A stretch of 63,416 nucleotides of DNA, the filler included, from Reticulomyxa filosa (taxonomy: Eukaryota > Protista > Foraminifera): the NCBI GenBank assembly GCA_000512085.1. It is 17 parts of 17 records of this genome, joined end to end, with 100 filler letters (N's around TTAATTAATTAA, not from the genome) between each part and the next. Parts side by side here need not be neighbours in the genome. Positions count along the whole stretch, not along the records: positions 1 to 5,391 come from ASPP01023338.1; positions 5,492 to 11,736 come from ASPP01013310.1; positions 11,837 to 18,767 come from ASPP01010351.1; 14 more parts are not named here. One strand, given 5' to 3'. Below the pieces are notes generated by a model, which worked only from the letters and a program-made list of their open reading frames with translations, had not been told where the DNA came from and searched no databases. Below are positions 1 to 13,160 of the stretch, in pieces. Made by a program: the position numbers and the translations under genes. The first letter of the stretch is position 1, and each line of letters begins with the position of its first letter.

Positions 1-64
1 TTTTTTTTTTTTTGTGGTTGTCTATGTTTCTCTCCAGCTTTTGATCACAGATCTCTTCATTTTA

Positions 65-271
65 TTAAACTGTCAATCTTGCTAGTGCTCGTTCTTCCTT
101 CTCAGTCTCAATTATTGCTTCTGTGTGTTGTCGTTCCAGTTCTCGAATCAATGACTCTGTGTTTTGAGGTCTGTCGCCGTCGCAGACAACGCATTTGGCC
201 GTTGCCAAATCATTCAAAAAAGTACATGTTGGACAATCCCATTTTGCATCTGACATAAACGGATTACTCAT
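65..271 (-). CDS. RanBP2/NZF-type zinc finger protein, 5' exon (probably continues past the window edge)
   Basis: WDCPTCTFLNDLATAKCVVC fits W-x-C-x2-C-x3-N-x6-C-x2-C with the TF dipeptide of ubiquitin-binding NZF fingers; followed by a coiled-coil-like segment. Confidence 0.8.
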   Translation of the reverse strand: MSNPFMSDAKWDCPTCTFLNDLATAKCVVCDGDRPQNTESLIRELERQHTEAIIETEKEERALARLTV

Positions 272-569
272 TTTTCTGCTTCTATATTATGTTTTGAGAG
301 GTGATTTCCTAAAAGAAAAGGGAAACTTTTAACCTGCGAACCCAGAACCTAACTTGCACTGTTTCTTCACTTGGCCATAAATGCTTAATTTTGAAGATAA
401 GCAAAAAATAAAAATTTCTTTTTAAAAATGTATTAAATTGAGAATAAAAAATTTGTAAATAGAAAGAGGAAAAAATGAACCAACTCCAATTTTCTGCTCA
501 AACAAATGTAATTCTGTTTTTGCTCCAAAAAACAAAAAAATAAAAAAACTTTAAAAATTGCTTCACTCA

Positions 570-3302
570 TCAATTATTTACATTTGTGCTTGTCTTTGTA
601 GGTTGTGACGACACAATTGTAGATAAGTTATTAATATCACGTAAATTCGATGCCAAATCTGCATTATGCACCGGCATCATGTTAGTGATTTGGACGGGCG
701 CTGCGTTTGTATTCAAGTTTAAAACGTTGCTAGATTCATTTGGATCAATCGTGGGACAATAATACAAGTTAGCGGAGGTGCTTATTAACTCGTCATTCAA
801 TGGGCTACATTCTTGTGATACATGACAATAGCGCTGTAAATCTATTTTAGCCATTGCCTGGGTCGGATAAATGCCATGCTCTGTATTTCGGTCCTTATTT
901 GCTTGTCCGGCGTCTGTTTGATAGGGTAGGTTATTTGAATTAATCGATGCAGCGGATAGATTACTACAAGTTTGTAAATCGGTGGTAAATTGATCCCTGT
1001 CCATACCAGCCGATAGCAACAAATTATTGTTGAATGGTATTGTTGGTGTAGGTGGCTGAGACTGTATATTACTCTGGCTGTTTAGCAATGCATCAATAGA
1101 TTGAATCAAATCTATGGTATTCGAGGCTGATGGATTTGTGGAATTAGTCAATAAGTATTCTTGACCGGACGCAACAGACATACCCATTGAGGGGACAGCA
1201 CATGGAATAGCAGATGTAACGAATACACTACAAGCAGGGTTTATAGAAGGAGAGCAAATAGAAAAGGCAGCATTTAGAACAGATGGAGGTGGGGAAGGCG
1301 TAACCAATGGAAATGACGACATGTCCTCAAGTCCCGATCTTTTGGTTGCAGGTGACATGGAACTTGACGTAAATCCATTCAGATTGGCCACAGTATTAAA
1401 TACATTAAGTGGATTCGATTTTTCAAAGTTTGTTGCATTTCCCACTTTGCTTTCTGAATTTGAAATAGACGAGTTTTCTTCGTTTCTTGTCGGCAACAGC
1501 CACGCACTGTTATTTGGTTCTTCTGCAGCTGCTAACAATTGTGCAGATACAATTTCCAATTGTTCTGGCGTCAGCGAAGCTAGATAATTTGACGCTAAGG
1601 CATTGAAATCAGTATTGCGCACATCATCCTTTATAATTTTTTTAAAAATGTGTTCACATTTTAAAAAGTCGAACAAGTGATCAGACAAGCATGTGCTGTG
1701 GAAAACTTCAGAGTTGATTGTTGCAGTGTTTAATCCATAAGACACAAGATTCAAATCTTGAGCAACCTGCACTGGTGGTATTTGTTTCAAGGTTTCGCAA
1801 TTGGTTGTCGTCGTTGTTGTTGGCAAATGTTGGGGTGTTAATAAATGCAAAGGTGATTTCGACATTTCAATCTTGTCTTGTGTTTTATTGTTTTCGTTAG
1901 CTTGAAATAGCGGACGGGTTGGCGTATTATTTTGATGTAAACAATTTTCATCATTTTCATTTATATCATTACTTTTTATGTTCGCCACTGTTTCTGACTT
2001 CCTTAATGCTTTTAGTCGCTTTGATAACGAAACAAACCCATTTCTTGAATAACTTGCGTCGTCTTTTTTTTATTGGTAATTTTTTTTTTTCATCAAAGAT
2101 AAATTAGGCCAACAAAATCTTGCAAACCGTACCATTTCAAAATAAGTATACGTAGAGTACCTGTTTCTGCTCTTTTGGCAATAACAACTGCTTGTGGTAT
2201 TTGTCCAGCATCATTCGTTGAATTGGACAACTGCAATTTTTCACTGGTTGGAGTTGCTGTCGTTCCTATGTTCATTTGGAGTTTAATGGCTGGGCGAGCG
2301 AAACCGTTGCTGGATGGAGATGTAATTTGGATCGTCTCTTTGAGACTGTTCTCTTTGTTTGTGTTTTCCAATATCCCGGTTCCGTTCAAATTTGACAAAT
2401 GATCATTGACTTCGCAATGAGGAAAACGCAGCCAAGACTTATTATTGCAATTTTTTGCATCAACAACATCTCGAATCCGTGCTTGATTGCAAATCCCATT
2501 GCTTACATCTTTCAACACATTCTCTGTATCTTCCATGTTTGCATGGTCGACATGCCATTCACCATCGTGAGCCGACGCTTGACCGTGCAAAAATTGGCAC
2601 CTTTCCTCAACAAAAACATATGTATATATTTTTGAACCAATGTTTTTATTTGTTTCTCATGTAAAGCCCGATTTTTATTCAATTTTGAGGTTAATTGGCT
2701 TGTCTCAGAGGCCAAAGCACGTCCTCTCCGATTGTTGAGAAACATCCAACACAAAAAAAAAAAACAAATCAAAATAAAAAAGACCCTCAAACCGGTGTTC
2801 ATATGGACAATGGCCTTGGGTGCTCCAGTTTCGACAAACTTTTGTGCGCCATTTTTTGTTGCGAAATACCGGTCTCAGTTCTTGTAACCCATGAGAAAAA
2901 GAACAGCGTTTTCCATAATAACACCACCCTAGCCCAACAGTTGAACCAAAACATGAGGAAGAGAAAATGCCACAAATGACAATACAATAGAGAAAAAAAT
3001 TGTTACCACTTTGGCCCCATTCGCGACACAATTCAGTCTTGTATAAAAAATTCTGCTCTTGTGATTCAGGTAAAGTTTGCTTCTCCCATTGTTGCTTTAC
3101 ATTGCAACGACAACAAAAAAAAACAGTGATGTATTGCCAAAAGTAAAGAAAAAAGGATTGGATAAAAAAAAGAAAAAAAGATCTTTACTTTTGTTTTACA
3201 GTTAACAATTTTATGACATACCGGTATCTCGCCGATGACGTTGAGGTTGTACCCATCAAAGCGAATAGGCGCAGGGTTAGACGTTTCACCAACGAAAGAC
3301 AT
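570..3302 (-). CDS. TIS11/ZFP36-like tandem CCCH zinc-finger RNA-binding protein, multi-exon, long low-complexity C-terminus
   Basis: Splicing at GT-AG introns joins YKTELCREWGQSG|WCYYGKRCSFSHG...WRTKVCRNWSTQGHCPYEHR|CQFLHG, i.e. two C-x8-C-x5-C-x3-H fingers with YKTEL/WRTKV lead-ins. ORFs 2093..2590 and 570..1988 are downstream exons; likely ATG at 3302 (MSFVGETSNP). Confidence 0.85.
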
Positions 3303-3704
3303 ATCAAAGAGAGATATGCGTGGAAATTTTTTACTTTTGTAGTAGGCTTGTGTTTTTTCTCGCTGTCTCTCAAAAAATAGCTGAGCACAACCGTGCTTGT
3401 TTGGAAAAAAGAAAATACTGCAAATAAATGAAGGCTTTTTCAAAACCAACAGCTCTGAGTGTTGGAAAAAATCACGTTATTGTTTACAATCGTTGACAAT
3501 GAGGTAAGGACCGTCGCCAACAACCAAAAAAAAGTTGACTACCCTTGTTTTCCGTGGTAAGTCTACGAACACTCTTTTTACACAATATTTTCAAATATTC
3601 AATAACTTTGCAATTGCAATAAAAATTAAAAAATTATAAAATAAAACAAAATGAAAACCATTTGAAAGCGGGGTGGGAAGAAGTTCAAACTTTTTTGTGC
3701 TATC

Positions 3705-4175
3705 ATGGCTTGTGAACCGTTGTGGAATCAATCTTTATGCTTCGAGATATTAGAGCATTTGTATCTTGGAACATCAGCGTTTGGCTACAATGAGGAAACA
3801 CTGCTCGAAAAAAAAATAGCGTTTGCAATAAACTGCACGTCAGTAGAACAAAAATACAGCAAAGTGGGCACACTGTTTTTGAATTTAACAGACGAAGTAA
3901 ACACAAACATTGCAAAATACTTTGAGCTAACTAATTCGACAATCGATCAGTGTATTAAAGATCATAAAAATATATTGATTTTTTGCAATTCTGCAGTATC
4001 ACGAAGTCCTTCATTTGTGATAGCATATCTGATGGCACATAAAAATCTCAAATTAAAGGAAGCTATTGATTTCATAGTGGAAAAAAAAAATGGACGAGAT
4101 GTCGATCCTAATGAAGGTTTTCGTAAACAGCTCAAAGAATTTGCAGAGACTCTTACAAAGCCAAAGAACTGTTAA
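3705..4175 (+). CDS. Atypical dual-specificity protein phosphatase (DSPc), single exon
   Basis: EILEHLYLG start, C-x5-R loop IFCNSAVSRSPSFVIAYLM and PNEGFRKQL C-terminal motif. Confidence 0.9.
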   Translation: MACEPLWNQSLCFEILEHLYLGTSAFGYNEETLLEKKIAFAINCTSVEQKYSKVGTLFLNLTDEVNTNIAKYFELTNSTIDQCIKDHKNILIFCNSAVSRSPSFVIAYLMAHKNLKLKEAIDFIVEKKNGRDVDPNEGFRKQLKEFAETLTKPKNC

Positions 4176-4488
4176 AGACGATATATCAACAATACTTACA
4201 AGGCATAACTTCAATAAATACGCTACATGAATTTGTAATTGTAAATCACAACAAATCTAATTTTCAACAAAGAGTCCTAAAAATTTATAAAAATTGTTGA
4301 TGCTTTTTTACAATCTCAGCTTTATTTTGAACTAAAAAATAGATATTCATTGTCAAATACAAAAGTCATGTGTTTTTGTTTGTCATTATTTTTTGGAAGC
4401 ATGTTTAAAAAAGTAGTACTCTTGAGACACACGACTGATAATGCGATTCAATTTATCAAAAAACCATTGCAAAAACAGGTTCGAAAAA

Positions 4489-4854
4489 TTACATAGAAGT
4501 GCCTATGTATTGGGTCCAAGCAAACCATTGCCTTTTTTGTAGATATGATTTCTTGCGTTCGTTGACAGCAGCTTCAATTTCAAAAGGATTTCTACTATAA
4601 GCTTCACTAAAACTACGATATTTAATTAAGAAGAAAACTTCAAAAGCTAAATATGACACAATAAATGGAATTACCAATAGTTCGATATATTGATAAAAAT
4701 GGATCATCTCGTGTCGGATAAGATACTTTGGAGGATTTTTTTTATTGACCAAAATTACAAACAACAAACATAGTCCTTGCCAGTCAAACCAATACTCGAT
4801 AAATGGAGCATGTACAATAATTGGAAAGCTTCTGTTCAATTCCCTGTCGTTCAT
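4489..4854 (-). CDS. Small HExxH (zincin-like) putative membrane-associated protein, intronless
   Basis: LIRHEMIHFYQ, then a hydrophobic helix, then AYSRNPFEIEA (candidate third-ligand Glu). Confidence 0.65.
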   Translation of the reverse strand: MNDRELNRSFPIIVHAPFIEYWFDWQGLCLLFVILVNKKNPPKYLIRHEMIHFYQYIELLVIPFIVSYLAFEVFFLIKYRSFSEAYSRNPFEIEAAVNERKKSYLQKRQWFAWTQYIGTSM

Positions 4855-5391
4855 GCAAAAGTTTTTTCCTAGGAACTAGCTCTTTAAAACGAATAATGTG
4901 AAAATATCAATTCGTTCAGCAGTTGTTTTCAAATAACCGTCCCCACTTCCTTTGATCAAACTGAGCTAAGTCAACTTATGTTTTTGATTTGATTGTTTAT
5001 CTGATTTATTAATTATATAAGTGAATAATAATGAACCTGATCATGACGCTCTAACCCAATCTAATAAAAATATCAATATCCAACTATTTTAAATCTTTAA
5101 TCAATTGAATATATAAATGTTAACTTAAGAAATTATTTGCTTTTCAAACGTCCACAAACTTATATTACTTTTATTTAATCACTAAACATATATATCAAAT
5201 GCAAATTATCTTTTAAAACTGATCTCATATATTTTAGAAAACGAGATCTGGTTGTTTGTTTCAGAAAAAATGAACGTCAGAAAACAATAAAAAAAAGCAA
5301 AGATGCAAGTCCTAACATATTTGAAATGGTCCGAAATCTCTTGGGCGAAGGGAATGCATATCGGAAGGCTAGAGTTACTGACAGTGAGTTC

Positions 5392-5491
5392 NNNNNNNNN
5401 NNNNNNNNNNNNNNNNNNNNNNNNNNNNNNNNNNNTTAATTAATTAANNNNNNNNNNNNNNNNNNNNNNNNNNNNNNNNNNNNNNNNNNNN
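5392..5491. other. Artificial contig spacer N44-TTAATTAATTAA-N44 (first of 16)
   Basis: Identical 100-bp spacer with a six-frame-stop core; other copies start near 11737, 18768, 19963, 22764, 26486, 27711, 30993, 34862, 36341, 37813, 47907, 49288, 56503, 60152 and 62002. Confidence 0.98.
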
Positions 5492-5590
5492 AAAAAGTGG
5501 ATACAACATACCCTTTCAACCATAAGTGGCAATTGGTTACTATATTCGATACTTTGAATAAAGTATCATAAGAGATTGTATTGGAATGAA

Positions 5591-8500
5591 TCATTGGATG
5601 TGGAGATAGCAAGTTGGAAGCGTACACGACAGCAATGTTAAGCAAAGTGGCTGTTCCTTCCTTTTTTTTTTGTGGCAATGTTCTTCGAAAAACGGAGATA
5701 GTGTTTGCTCGCGAGTTGTTTCTGGATCGTTCCGGCAACTGTCCACATGCGCATCATATTCAATTTCCTCAATATCGATGCTGTGATTTCGTCCTCGGTC
5801 TTTGCCGTTTTCGCCAGGAGTGAACATATCGACGTGTTCGCGTTTTGGGGAAATTAAAACTTGGTCCAAGTCTTGTAGCATGATAGGACTCAATGAAAGT
5901 AGTATGGTATTATTGGCATTATTGACATTATTGACATTATTGGCATTATTGACATCATTGGCATTATTGACATCATTGACATTGCTAACATTATCGGCAT
6001 TGTTGTCCAAGGATTTGCTCTCGTGTGCGTGGGATGAAAGATGGAGAGCATCGGAAGATTCCATTTCCTGCGAATGCACACTGTCGCACGTGTTTTGGGT
6101 CAGAGGAGTGGGGTCGTCGGTACAATTCGTGGTTATCGTGGTGATGGTGGTCGTTGTCTTTGTCATTGTCGTCATGGTCGTGGTAAGTCTTGTCTGTGAT
6201 TTGCGCTTGCATTCGTGTTTTATTTTGTTTTTCGAATGTCGTCGATTATTGATTTTTTTTTTCAATCTTTTGGAGACGTCATGACGAGGTTGGAGTTTGT
6301 CACTTGCGTAATTCGAAACAGCCAACGTATCCGTTTCCTGCTGTGGCACAATGGAAGGTGAGCGTGACGACTCCGTTGACACGTATATTTCATGTTCCGT
6401 GTCCGACGGCTTTATCTCTTCGTCCGTGGTGTGTTCACGGATAAATTTATCCGGCGACGCTTGTAACAATGCCTCGTTGGTGTTCATTGCCGGAGACAAC
6501 GTGACACTGGGACGGTTGTGATGGTATGATTGACTTGCTGGCATCGCTTTGTCTTCATTGTTATGCTTTTTATCCTTTTCTTCGTTATTGCCGTGTTCTT
6601 CATTGTCATCACTGTTTTCACTGTTGTCATCATCATCGCTCTCGGTCGGAGTGCCTTTTTGTTGCAATTGTTGTAGCTGCGGGGTTGTGATATCGATCGT
6701 CATTTCGCGCGATCGTCGCGAGTCAAAAGGCGAGAGCTGCAAATAGTCTACGATGCGACCGCTTGACATCAACACGTCCTCACTATCACTGCTCCGGTTG
6801 TTTTTTTGCAAAGGGGTTGGCTTTATTTGCGTCTCCTCGGGACATGGCTTGTTACTCGACTCTGGAGGAGAGGACACAGGAGTGGCTTCACTTGTTGTTG
6901 GTATCGTTTCGTCTGTCGTCGCCGGTTTTGTGGTTCTTATTGTCAACGATGATTGTGACACATCGGAATCTGTTTCTGACGCATCTTCAAATTCGTCGCT
7001 CTTCATTTTGATTTTGTTATGTTATTATTATTATTTTTTAATTGAATAATAATTGCGCATTTGCGCGAGTGTGCATCGATAGCAATAATTCAAACAAGGA
7101 AAGAAAAGAGACCAAAATGTGTTTATGTAACTAGTTTTTCGGTGAACGATTTTCTTTTTGTTGAATCGTTTGTGGAAGATTTGGAACTTTCTCGAGCAGA
7201 ATCACCGGTGAGACTCAACTTTGACCAATGACTAGTTTTGTATGTATGAATTGGACTTGTTCTGGTCGTGGTGGCCGTGTCTTCCACTGGATGAGGTTCC
7301 ACACAACTTTGGTTGAATGAATTGCTTGCTTCAACCTCGTGTTTTTGTTCACTTGGAGAAAGCAAGTTTTTCTCACTGGCTTTTCTTTCACCTACATTTG
7401 GCAATGCAAACTTGGATCCTTGCTTTACCATTTGCTGCACCGATTTCAATAGCACCATGGAGTCGGAATTGCGTTGGGATAATATTGTCATGCGTAAACT
7501 CATCTCTTCCAACTTCTCCCAAATGTGTCTGTTTTTATCTTCCAAGGTTTTCATCTCCGTTTTCAAAATACCCAGTGCGCTGTTTTTTTCATCACCAGCT
7601 CTGTTGGCTTCCTTTTCAAACTTTACATATACACATATATGTATACAGTAGTGAGGAGTTTGTTTTTTTGTTGGTTTCAAACTGTGCGTGCATAATAATT
7701 TGAGGAAATGAGAGGAGAGTGAAAACAAACAAATAAATAAAAAAAAAAGCGTGCAATGGACGTTTCTTCGAAACTTGCCAATTTTTTTTGTGTTGTGACA
7801 AAGCCTTGGAAAGATCTTTCAATTCCGTCTTCATAGCGGACTTCACGGATGTCAGATGAATTTGTAAGCCATCCACCTTGAATTCCATTGTTTCCAATGA
7901 CTTTTTCAAGTCATGCATTTCTTGACACTTACTTTGGGCGTTGTTTGTCTCCATTTGTTGCTCTTCCAAAATGGTTTCAATTCTCTGATTGTTGTTGTTG
8001 TTGTTGTTATTGATTTATCATATTTCTTTCATTTCAGTTAATTTACTTTTTTGTCAACATAATTTTAAAAAAAATTATATATACATATATGTATATGTAT
8101 TTATAACCAAATGCTTGTTACGCTTTGTTGCGTGCTGCACATCATCATTACTCACAACACTTTCTTTGGTTACATGCGTTTGCGCTTTGTCGGCGGAATA
8201 TAGTCCATGCAAATTATCTTTTCGGTACAGTCGACTGTCTGCGCATGCATGTTCTGGCAGCCGTGGAACTCGCAAAGGTCTCGTCGTCAAAGAGCGTTGA
8301 AGTCGGACGCTTTTCTGTCTGTTGAACAATTTGTTTGTTTTGTGTTTATATGTTCAATTATCCATATATCAAATTGCACCCCAATAAAACAGGAAGCACA
8401 CACGCATATACATTGCATGTCTTGCACTTTTTGTTTGTTCTATTCCTTTTTTTTTTTTTTTGCACAGCATACCTGGCATCCTTCGTTTCTCTATGGAAAG

Positions 8501-10180
8501 ACCTGGAGCTTGCCAAAGGAGTGGAAAATGCATTCGTTTGGTCATCCCGTTGTTGTTGCTGTTGTGGGGACGTGCTGTTGGTTGCATTTCTTGAAAAAGT
8601 TCTGTTCGGTGACAATTTTGTGGGAGCTGCTGTTGCAAGGATCAAAGGAGAGTTAAAATATGATGGCATCATCTTTCTGGTCCTTCCTTTTATGGATCCT
8701 TTTCTTTTGGCTCGTAACGACATAGGGAGGGCTATTGCATTCTTCGTTCCCATTGATGCTCATGTTCGTATTTACATTTGCATTTGCATGTACACTTGCA
8801 TTCGTGTTTGTCTTTGCACTCAGGCTTGTATTATCATAATATTGATTGGATTGATCAGTTGCATCATTCCAAAGTAACGAAGAAGTTTGCTTCTTTTTTT
8901 CTTGTTCTTTTTCTTTTGCCAACAACTTGGATGCAACAGTCTTGGATCGAGACAGAAATGCGGTCATGGAATTGTCTACATGGCAATGATCATTTTCCTT
9001 ACCATTGGAATAATATTCCTCGTCGTTGTTGATATGACTGTTGCTGTTGCTGCTACTATTGCTATTGCTACTACTAATACTAATGCTATTGTTGTGATTA
9101 TCTTGTTCTTCTCCTTCTCTTCCTTCATTCATTGCGCTGCATTCCATCTCATTGATGTCGAGAGACGAGTTTTGTGTCCTTTCTTCGGACAGCGTTTCCT
9201 CTCTAGAAAATGGATTACTTGTCATCTCAGTCAATGACTTCTCACTCATACCAGTGTGTTCCTTTACGTTACAACCAATCAACAAACATAGATTAAATAT
9301 CTGGTTAATTGTCTCTTATCTTTTTTTTAAAATAAAAAAAAAAACAATGATAGCGAACCTGCTCTTCACTTGAAACACGGTTTGTTTTGGAGAAATCGTT
9401 TGCAGTTTCAATGACTTGGCTAAATTGACTGTTATATTTTCATACACACATTGATGTCAAAGACTGATGTGTTTCATGTGCGACTGTTTTCTCCTTCAAA
9501 GCCTTTATGTCTTTCTCTTAAAACAGACAAAAAAAAAAAAAAAAAAAAAAAGCAACATTAGTTAACCGTTGATGCTGAGAGCTCACTTTGGATTTGATAG
9601 GTTTGGTGTGTGTAATATGAACAAAGGATCTCCTTTTGATTATTGCTGAAACCATAGACTCTCGCTCTTTGTTTCCGCAGCTGCGCGTGCGGGTTGGTCG
9701 AAGGAAGGAAATACCGTTCGCGTTCGCGTGCATATGGGTGATGCTATCTCGTCCACTATCATTCATCAAACTTGTGTTCACTGGAGTCTGTCGAACACTT
9801 GTTGCTTTTTTATCGGCTTCATATTGAAAATCGTTCTTGTTGTTATCGCTATTATCATTGTTCGTGAACCAATCCATTTCATTGTGTCCACTCTCTTCTT
9901 CATAGCGTTTGCCATCATTCTCGTTACTCTGTCTCTTTCTTTTTTTCTCTATTGTTATCACTTCTGTTATTTTTTGTTTATCACCTCTTTTCGTCCTATC
10001 TTTCATTTCTCTCACTGTTACTGAATAGGCACGGCCTCCTGATCTGTTTCTCTTTTTTAGACTTTCGCTCATTCTTTCTTCGTTCAATTCGCTTCGTCTT
10101 GCTATTACTGAATGGGAGATGAGCCCGTCTCTTACATCTTTTAAGCTCTTCAACTTTTTTTTTGATTGTGGAGATTCCAT
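5591..10180 (-). CDS. Large multi-exon low-complexity/coiled-coil hypothetical protein
   Basis: Chain of same-strand ORFs (9518..10180, 8653..9285, 8358..8753, 8075..8329, 7616..7969, 7123..7728, 5591..7006) separated by intron-like AT-rich gaps; S/T/N/D-rich; no domain recognised; exact boundaries uncertain. Confidence 0.55.
5905..6000 (-). repeat. Coding 9-bp tandem repeat (NNV/NNA/NDV)
   Basis: Repeated ttgacatta/ttggcatta units on + strand encode NVNDVNNANDVNNANNVNNVNNANN. Confidence 0.85.
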
Positions 10181-11320
10181 GATTTAACAAGCAGTCCGTT
10201 CTCTTCTTTAGAAAAGAGGGAAAAGTTTAAAAAAAATATAAAAAGTTGCAACAAGTTATCCGTCAAACTAAATTCAACATATGCACCTTTAGCAAAAAAC
10301 TGAAGAAAATCGATCGTAATACTCCTTTTTTTTGGCAAATTAAATTTTCTAACTTCTTAGCCAATTTAAACCTTTTCATAGCTAACGCTCTCGAAACAGA
10401 AATGACAAAATCTTTTCAGTATAAAAGTTTAAATAATTTAAAATTAAAAACATTTCTTTACATAATTTAACAAAAGCAAATTTCAAAAATTTAAATTCAA
10501 GTTCAAGATACATCGGATTTTCCACTTGCATTCCTATAAGATCAAAACCAAACTAATTCTTAAAAAAAGAAATAATAGTCTAAAAAGGAATATTATTTTC
10601 CTCTTTCAGATTCTCCAATCCACACATGCTTTCAGATTAAGCGCGGAAAATGAGACTCATCATTTCACAAAAAAGAAGTTTATCAAAATAATTACCTGTT
10701 TTTTTAATTTTATTCACCAAACAAGTTGCAGTAACCCAAAAGCGGCTATCTTGGCATCTATGCAATGCATACAAAGTAGTTTTGGTAACCATTTTGTGTA
10801 AAGTGCGAAAAATATTGTACAAAATGTGCAAAAAACAGTTAAAACTGTTTACAGTTTGCCTCAAAGAGAAAACTAAACTTTTTTGTAAACAGTTGAAATG
10901 TTCAAAATATTTTCCAGTTATTTTTTTAACGAAGATTCAAATGTACAACCATTTGACAAAACAGCAATAAAATAAGTAAAAAAGGGCAGTAAGTTTTTTG
11001 TACCAAAACTTGGCGTTGAAGTTTTGACTAGAGCGAGGGGAAAAGTGAAAGTTCCAAAGGACCGTGTTTTTAAGTTAAGAGTTCTTACAGAGTAAAAGCG
11101 TAAATTGCTAGCACATATCGACATTTAGTATTGTTCATTCTTGAATATCGACAAAAATCTATATGAAATTTATCAATTTCTTTTTTAGGAACGGTCGATT
11201 TTTTAAAAAACTATAAACTGCAAAAAACAAAGAGAAAGTAGTAAACAGGCTCCGTATTTTTTAAAAATAGTCGTCGAAAAGTTTTGTTCGAAGAATGTAA
11301 AGCCCCCAGAAGCATTACAC

Positions 11321-11736
11321 ATGCAATTTTTCCAAAAAATCGCATCTGAAGGTTCCAAATCATCAGGGACGCCTTCTCATTCTCGCTCACACTCGAGAGG
11401 CGAGCCCCAGGAATCTGCATTGTTGTTGGCAAATAATGCTGCAGTGTTACCGAGCAACCCAGCCGTATCGAATTTGGGGCTAATTCCAGAACACGGAGAC
11501 AATGAGAATTCGGCTGAGGGCAATAGATTGGAGCAACATGCTTCAGCGATAGCACTTCTTACAAAGTCAGCACAAAGTATTCGTCTTTCTGTTGCGAATA
11601 GTAACAAATCCGAAAAGAATGAAAGCGATACGGACGCACTGCCAGGCAATGCATCAGCAACGGATCAATCTACACGTCGAAGCGTCAGTACTGCATTAGA
11701 CGATAATCAGAACTTTGACTTTGCATTTGCTTACAT
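11321..11736 (+). CDS. Hypothetical protein, Ser-rich N-terminal fragment truncated by contig end
   Basis: ATG-initiated open frame with coding-like composition running into the spacer. Confidence 0.55.
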
Positions 11737-11939
11737 NNNNNNNNNNNNNNNNNNNNNNNNNNNNNNNNNNNNNNNNNNNNTTAATTAATTAANNNNNNNN
11801 NNNNNNNNNNNNNNNNNNNNNNNNNNNNNNNNNNNNTTTTTAAAACCCGGAATTCAAACCCTTTCGGTTCCAACTTTATTTATTCATTTGTATATGTACA
11901 TATATATGTGTGGTGTTTTTTGTTTGGCTTGTCAGAATA

Positions 11940-12611
11940 ACCGGCTAGCAGATTGACATTGAGTCCTATTATGACTTGGATATCCGGAAATAGTGTTAAG
12001 TGTTGGCTGCTTTTCAATAAACTCTCTTTTTTCAGTGGTTCCACGTACAGCTCTTTCAATGCTATCAATTGGTCGCAATACATGCCTTCTGTGTGCACCA
12101 GCTCTTCCACGCACTATCTTCATTTTTCATTTGTTTTTTTTTTGTTTTGTGTTTTGTATATCTCTTATTCATGCCATATATGTAAGTATATTATATGCAA
12201 AATATAGAGTTATTTTTAGATTTGAACGACTACTTTTTTTCTACCTCCCTCCATATTTTTACATCCACTTTTTAACACAGATGATTGTCATCTTGTTTTT
12301 TGGAGGAAAAAAAAGTTGGGGCTCACAAAACTTGACGACGACTTCTTTGTGGTAAGGATGTTCTGGTCTCCACAGGGGGGTGAGAGACTCCTTTTATTTC
12401 ATTCGCAGCGGTGGAGTCTTGTACAGGTGCGGATTGGCGGTGGGGCAAAGGTGGAAGAAGGGGGGAGACTGAGCAAGCGAAGAGCGAAGAAAACGAGGTG
12501 GGGCGGGGGCTGTGACGGAGATTGAGACTGAGATTGATATGGCACTGCTGAGGGCTGTTGTAGTGTCGAGGAAACTTGAGATAACCCCTCTTGGCTTGAT
12601 TTACCCGACAT
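11940..12611 (-). CDS. RhoGEF (Dbl-homology domain) protein, 5' part
   Basis: Spliced RSRRQ|CVEELVHTEGMYCDQLIALKELYVEPLKKESLL...LFPDIQVIIGLNVNLL matches the DH-domain start (ELxxTExxYxxxL...YxxPL...LFxxI); Pro/Ser-rich first exon from ATG 12611. Confidence 0.8.
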
Positions 12612-13160
12612 AGCTGAGCTTGGACCCTTGTTTTTTTTTAACACAAATCAAAAAACTCTGAAAACAGTCAAACTTTTACTGTGTTACAGGGGAATCATCA
12701 GCTTTTTGATGGTTTTCTGTTTATTTCTGTTTGTAAGTTTTTTTAAATTTATAAACGCTCAGTTTTTGTAGTTTGTTACAAAAAAAAATAAAATTGTAAA
12801 ATTTTCTACCGAGAAAAATCCTGTGAAATACATACCCGAAGATGGTAAGGTGAGCTTATTTCAAAAATGTTTAAAAGACATACATAAATATGTTGCATTA
12901 CTTTACAAAGAAAAGTGTTGCACAACAAACTAATAACCAGTTTTAAAAAGAAGAAACTGATTGGATTGTGCATGAGAACAGTTATAAAATGGCTGTTTCA
13001 AGATAGAAAAATTGGTAGTAATAAAAAGAAAAGGTATTACAATAATTCTAAGTAACACTAAATGCGAAGAGTGAAAAGAAAAAAAAAAAGTGTGATTTGA
13101 GTACAATCTAAAGCAAATACAAAAACAAAATAAAAAAAAAACATTTTCAATACGTCATTC

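Noticed and set aside
5436-5447. Recurrent TTAATTAATTAA palindrome, repeat- or CRISPR-like
   Set aside because: Always centred in fixed N44 flanks; an artificial contig joiner. ORFs ending in X...LIN or X...N are artefacts of it.
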